Of a stretch of 64,000 bases of DNA, positions 59,572 through 64,000 are shown piece after piece. Each line of letters opens with the position of its first letter. The stretch's first letter is position 1. The notes below the pieces were generated by a model, which was given only the letters and a program-made list of their open reading frames with translations, had not been told where the DNA came from and did no database searches. Source of the stretch: the human T2T-CHM13v2.0 reference genome, Homo sapiens; the NCBI RefSeq assembly GCF_009914755.1, contig NC_060941.1; one strand, 5' to 3'. The position numbers and the translations under genes are program-made.

Positions 59572-60542
59572 AGTTTCTCTGGGATTCTTTAAGATATGTT
59601 CCTCCTGCACCTGTTTCCTAGGCCAGAATTTTGTTGTGAATCAGTTGCTGATGTGCTGATATATTGATTCTCCTCAGCTTTTCAGAGGATATCAGCTTTC
59701 TTTACCTTAGTATGCCATACAAATATTACCATTATGTGTGTGCTCAGGCTTAAAAAATGTTTAAGAAGCACTGCCCTAAATTTCAGCTTCTTCACCCCTC
59801 TTTTACCAATTATCACCCAACCATCTTTTTTTTATCTTCCAAAAACTTGTTCAAAATTTTCATCCAATGGCTCTTTTCCCATTTACTCTTCAACATTCTG
59901 AGTTTGTACTGTTTGTAACTCTTTACCCTAAGACTTTCATATTAGTTGGCTCTTGGGAGGGAAAGAATATATGTGCCAAGGTCAAGATGCCATTTTTAAC
60001 TGAAAATCGGGTTTTTTAAAAGTTTAACTTTATTAAGCTATAATTGATTTACAACAAACAGCAGATATTTAAAGTGAGACAGTTTGTTACATTTGACATG
60101 TATCCATTTGTGAAATCATCGCCACAATCAAGGCACCTACTGTACCTCTGTAGAAACTGAGGCTTGGAGAAGCCCAAAATTTCAAATGAGAACCCAGGCC
60201 TATCAGATCTCAAGGTCCATCCTGTAGACTATAACCTGAGTTCTAGTTAGGAGAAGAAAAACAACAACAACAACAACAACAAAAACACTATTTTTCATTT
60301 GTGAGGGAAAACCACACAGTCTCTGAATCTAGCTCCTCATTTCTTCAGGAAGAGAGTTGTACTAAATGATCCTAGTGTCTTTTTCAACTTTAAGTTCCTT
60401 TGCTTCATTCATTGTTCTTATGAAAAGGTGGTAAATCTCTGTTCAAATACAGTTTGTTTTAATTAAATGACACCACTATTCTCTGTAATTTTCACAGTGG
60501 AACAATATAAGACATTAAAAGCATATTTTTTTCTCTTCATAG

Positions 60543-60620
60543 GAAAGCCATTTAAGAAGTTCCTGGAATAATATTAGTCAGAGTAATATAGGATCTGCAG
60601 GAAGTGTCTCAAGATAGTTG
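60543..60620 (+). other. STXBP4: STXBP4 non-coding exon 2 (5'UTR)
   Basis: ttttttctcttcatag acceptor; TTG|gtaaga donor; 78 nt with no ATG. Confidence 0.75.
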
Positions 60621-61148
60621 GTAAGATAATAAGAATTTAGTTTTTTTCAAATGCATTGCATAATTATTTTTCTGACTATAAGCTTCGTAGCCTTGTACTC
60701 ACAGGAGACATTTTCCTTAATCTTTAACTATTATGTGATTTTTAAGCTTACCAAGGGTGGAAGTTGTAATAGTTACCTAAAGCTTAGCTGTATGTTCACT
60801 TTTGCCAGAAAATGAAGATGTTATATAGATATGGATATTCATAATGATATAGACATAGACTTATCTATCTAATGAGCTGTCTTTACACTTCTCGGATGTT
60901 ATTGTCAATGATAAAATGCCATAACACAAAATACATACAATACATCTAACATCTATATACAGGCTTATATTATTTATGTTCCAAGTGTATATAATGTTTT
61001 TATGAACAGTTGGAATCAAATTTGACAGTTCTAAGACCTGACAATTTATTTTCTACTTCTTCAATCCTAGGAAAAGAAGAATTTCTAGACTCTTCATCAA
61101 GATCTTCATTTATACAGCTGTTAAATCCAAGGCTACTTTGGTGAAAGC

Positions 61149-61195
61149 ATGAATAAAAATACATCTACTGTAGTATCACCCAGTCTACTTGAAAA
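61149..61195 (+). CDS. STXBP4: STXBP4 (Synip) first coding segment MNKNTSTVVSPSLLEK; exon spans 61071-61195
   Basis: Acceptor tcctag at 61070; ATG at 61149; donor gtaatt; matches the STXBP4 N-terminus preceding its PDZ domain. Confidence 0.9.
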
Positions 61196-63420
61196 GTAAT
61201 TTTTAAGTTTAATATGTTTTGAAATATAGTTTGAAATATGTAAACTATTAATGAACATTTGATTAAAAGTTTTTTTACATCTAGCTCTCTAATGTGGTCT
61301 AGGATAGCAGTAATGAGTAGTGAGTAAAGTAATACGTTGAATTACCTTTCAATGTAAATCAGTGTATAGAACAAAATCTGCATTCTCTTTTAAGTCATCT
61401 GTGCAGGCACGGTAGGGCATGCCTGTAGTCCCAGCTGCTCGGGAGACTAGGACAGGAGGATAGCCTGAAGTTGGGAGTTTGAGGCTGTAGTATGCTATGA
61501 TTGTACCTGTTAATAGCCACAGCACTCCAGCTTGGGCAACATAGCAAAACTCTGTCTCTAAAAATAATAAAAAATAGACAATTGTCAAATACATTTTTAA
61601 AAACTCTTTTGTGAGATTTCTTTTTTAAATTTTGATTTTTAATATCTAGAATATTTTATAATTCCATTAAAAAAATTTGATAATATATAGATTAACTCTT
61701 GCTGACTAACAAACCACCCTAAAATCCCTTAAAACAATAAGCATTTATTTTTTCTCATGATTCAGTGGGTTGGTTGAGCAGTTCTGCTCTATACCAGATA
61801 ATGTAGGATGGCCTCATTTACATCTTGTGAGGCCTCAGCTAGGAAGGTTGAATGGCAGAGGTCTCTGTAGAACTGGTCTGTCATTCTTCAGGAGGCTGGC
61901 TCAAGCTTTTCACATGGTAGCAGAAGCACAGGTGTTTTCCAAATACCCAGTTTCCTCACATTTGCTGGTATCCCATGGGCCAAAGCAATTTAAATAGCCA
62001 AATGAAAATTCAAGGAGTGGAGATACAGACTTTGCTTTTAGTGAAAGGAAGCAGTAAAGTCACATTACCAAGATGCATGCAGACAGGAATGGGAGGAATT
62101 GGTGGCCATTTTGCAAACGTAAAACATACCTTTAACAAGGCATATTAAAAAAAATCTTGCTGTTATTCTAGTCTTCACTGTGTGCCCTCATTCCCTCTAT
62201 AAAAAGTTGTTTTTATTCTTGGTCCTTTTGTAGTGCTTCTTTTTGGTTAAGCCAATGCATATATATAAAAATAAATATACACATATGTATGTACACATGA
62301 TAATTATATATATTTGGATTCCACTCCCCAGAATATTCTTAAGTAAAAGGTGTCATGTATACTGTTTTGACCTTGGCTTTTTGTTTTAATGTATATCCTG
62401 GTGATCCCTTCATATCAGTTTATAAAAATCTTCCTTGTTTTTTGTTATAACTTGTTTTTGTTATATTCCTTGTTTTTGTTATAACTGCATAATATTCTAT
62501 TGTGTGGATGTACCATGGTTTATTCAGCCACTATATTATGGATGGGCAAACAATACATTTGCAATTTCTGGTGAATACAAATTATGCCAAAATGAATAAC
62601 CTAGCATATAAGTCATTTTCTATTTTTTGCCAGAGTATCTTTGGGATAGATTCCTAGAAATGGAATTGCTGGATCAGAGGGTCTTTTTTTGTTAGAGGTT
62701 ACCAATTTATCTCTTTAGAAGTTGTACCATTTTGCATTCCCACCAGCAGTGTGCAAAAATGCCTCTTTTCCCATAGCTTTTTCATCAGAGTATGTTGTTG
62801 AAGTTCTAAATTTTTATTGGTCTGGTAGGTGAGTAGTAGTATCTCTGCAGTTTTAACTTGTAATTCTCTTATTATGAGTAAAGTTGAGCAGAACTATTTT
62901 TAATACTTAATAGGAAAAAAGAGTATATAATCTAAAATTTTAATAAGAGTTTTAAAATAAGGTCCTAGTCATGTATGTAAATTTTATGCTGCTATGAACA
63001 TATAAATTTATGTTTAAGAAGAACTTTCAACAACATAGACATTGCTTATAATAATTCTGGGTAAGAAGAAAAACAAGATCTAAAATGGTTTAAGTAGTAT
63101 GATAGCAATTCAGAAAATATATGGATATTAATTCAGAAAATATATGGATAGATTTATAGAGAAAACGTATTAGCAGCAATAAACTGCTGTGTTAATAATA
63201 CTTTGTTGGGATTAGAAAAGTAAGATCCTATACTGAAACAATAATATATGCTGGAGATTGTTTGTGCCCCCAGTGAAGGACATTCACATTTGGAGGGTTT
63301 AAGAGTTAGTGGAGAGATCTAATAAGGTAGCTTACTTCCCTTTCTTACCTTATCTTTCATTTCTAGGCTTTACTCGTTTATGTTTTTGCAATCTACCATC
63401 CTGTAAAGAAGGGGTTTATT

Positions 63421-63716
63421 GGCCAGGGGCGGTGCCTCATGCCTGTAATCTCAGCACTTTGGGAGGCCGAGGCAGGTGGATCACTTGAGGTCAGGAGTTC
63501 GAGACCAGCCTGGCCAACATGGTGAAACCCTGTCTCTACCAAAAATACTCAAAATTAGCTGGGTGTGGTAGCACGCACCTGTAATCCCAGCTATTCAGGA
63601 GGCTGAGGTGGGAAAGTCGCTTAACCTGGGAGGCAGAGGTTGCAGTAAGCTGAGATCACGCCACTGCACTCCAGCCAGGACAGAGCAAGACCCCGTCTCA
63701 AAAAAAGAAAAAAAAG
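63421..63716 (+). repeat. AluS
   Basis: Full dimer with tail. Confidence 0.9.
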
Positions 63717-64000
63717 AATGAATTTAGGGTGCATTTTGGACCCTTGGACCCTGTCCTCTCTGCCTTTTTTCTAGCTGATTGACTATTGCCCTAGAAACCA
63801 GATAGGCCTTCCCAAATTAGAGCTGAATTCAGTATACCTGTGATACAGCTCTAAATGATGTTATATATGGAGAGCAAAATAGTCAAAAACGGAGTTCTAT
63901 GTGCTTTTTAAAAAAATTTCTTCTTTTTAGAAATTATTTTTTTGAATGCAACAGTTTTCTTAAAGATATTCTTAGAATTTCTACGGCAGAAGCTAAGAAA

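Overview
Human (primate) genomic DNA matching the 17q22 TOM1L1-COX11-STXBP4 locus, recognised from translated exons. It holds the last eight coding exons and the 3'UTR exon of TOM1L1 (+, about residues 241-476), the complete four-exon COX11 CDS (-, 276 aa) and the first three exons of STXBP4 (+). COX11 converges on TOM1L1 tail-to-tail and shares a very compact CpG-island bidirectional promoter with STXBP4, carrying two TCTCGCGAGA-type palindromes. Introns are dense with Alu, L1, L2, MIR, DNA-transposon and LTR relics. These include a deleted class I ERV provirus with a tRNA-Arg PBS (26.7-32.1 kb), solo LTR2 and LTR7 elements, and a 5S rRNA fragment. Most short ORFs in the supplied track are Alu, L1 or antisense artefacts. 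I found no evidence of a new gene system. The best leads are an antisense COX11 terminal exon inside the TOM1L1 3'UTR, ERV poly(A) signals oriented with COX11, a TOM1L1 intronic stop/poly(A) switch beside a cryptic in-frame exon, and several locally templated insertions. Repeat family names are by eye and from memory, and repeat boundaries are approximate.
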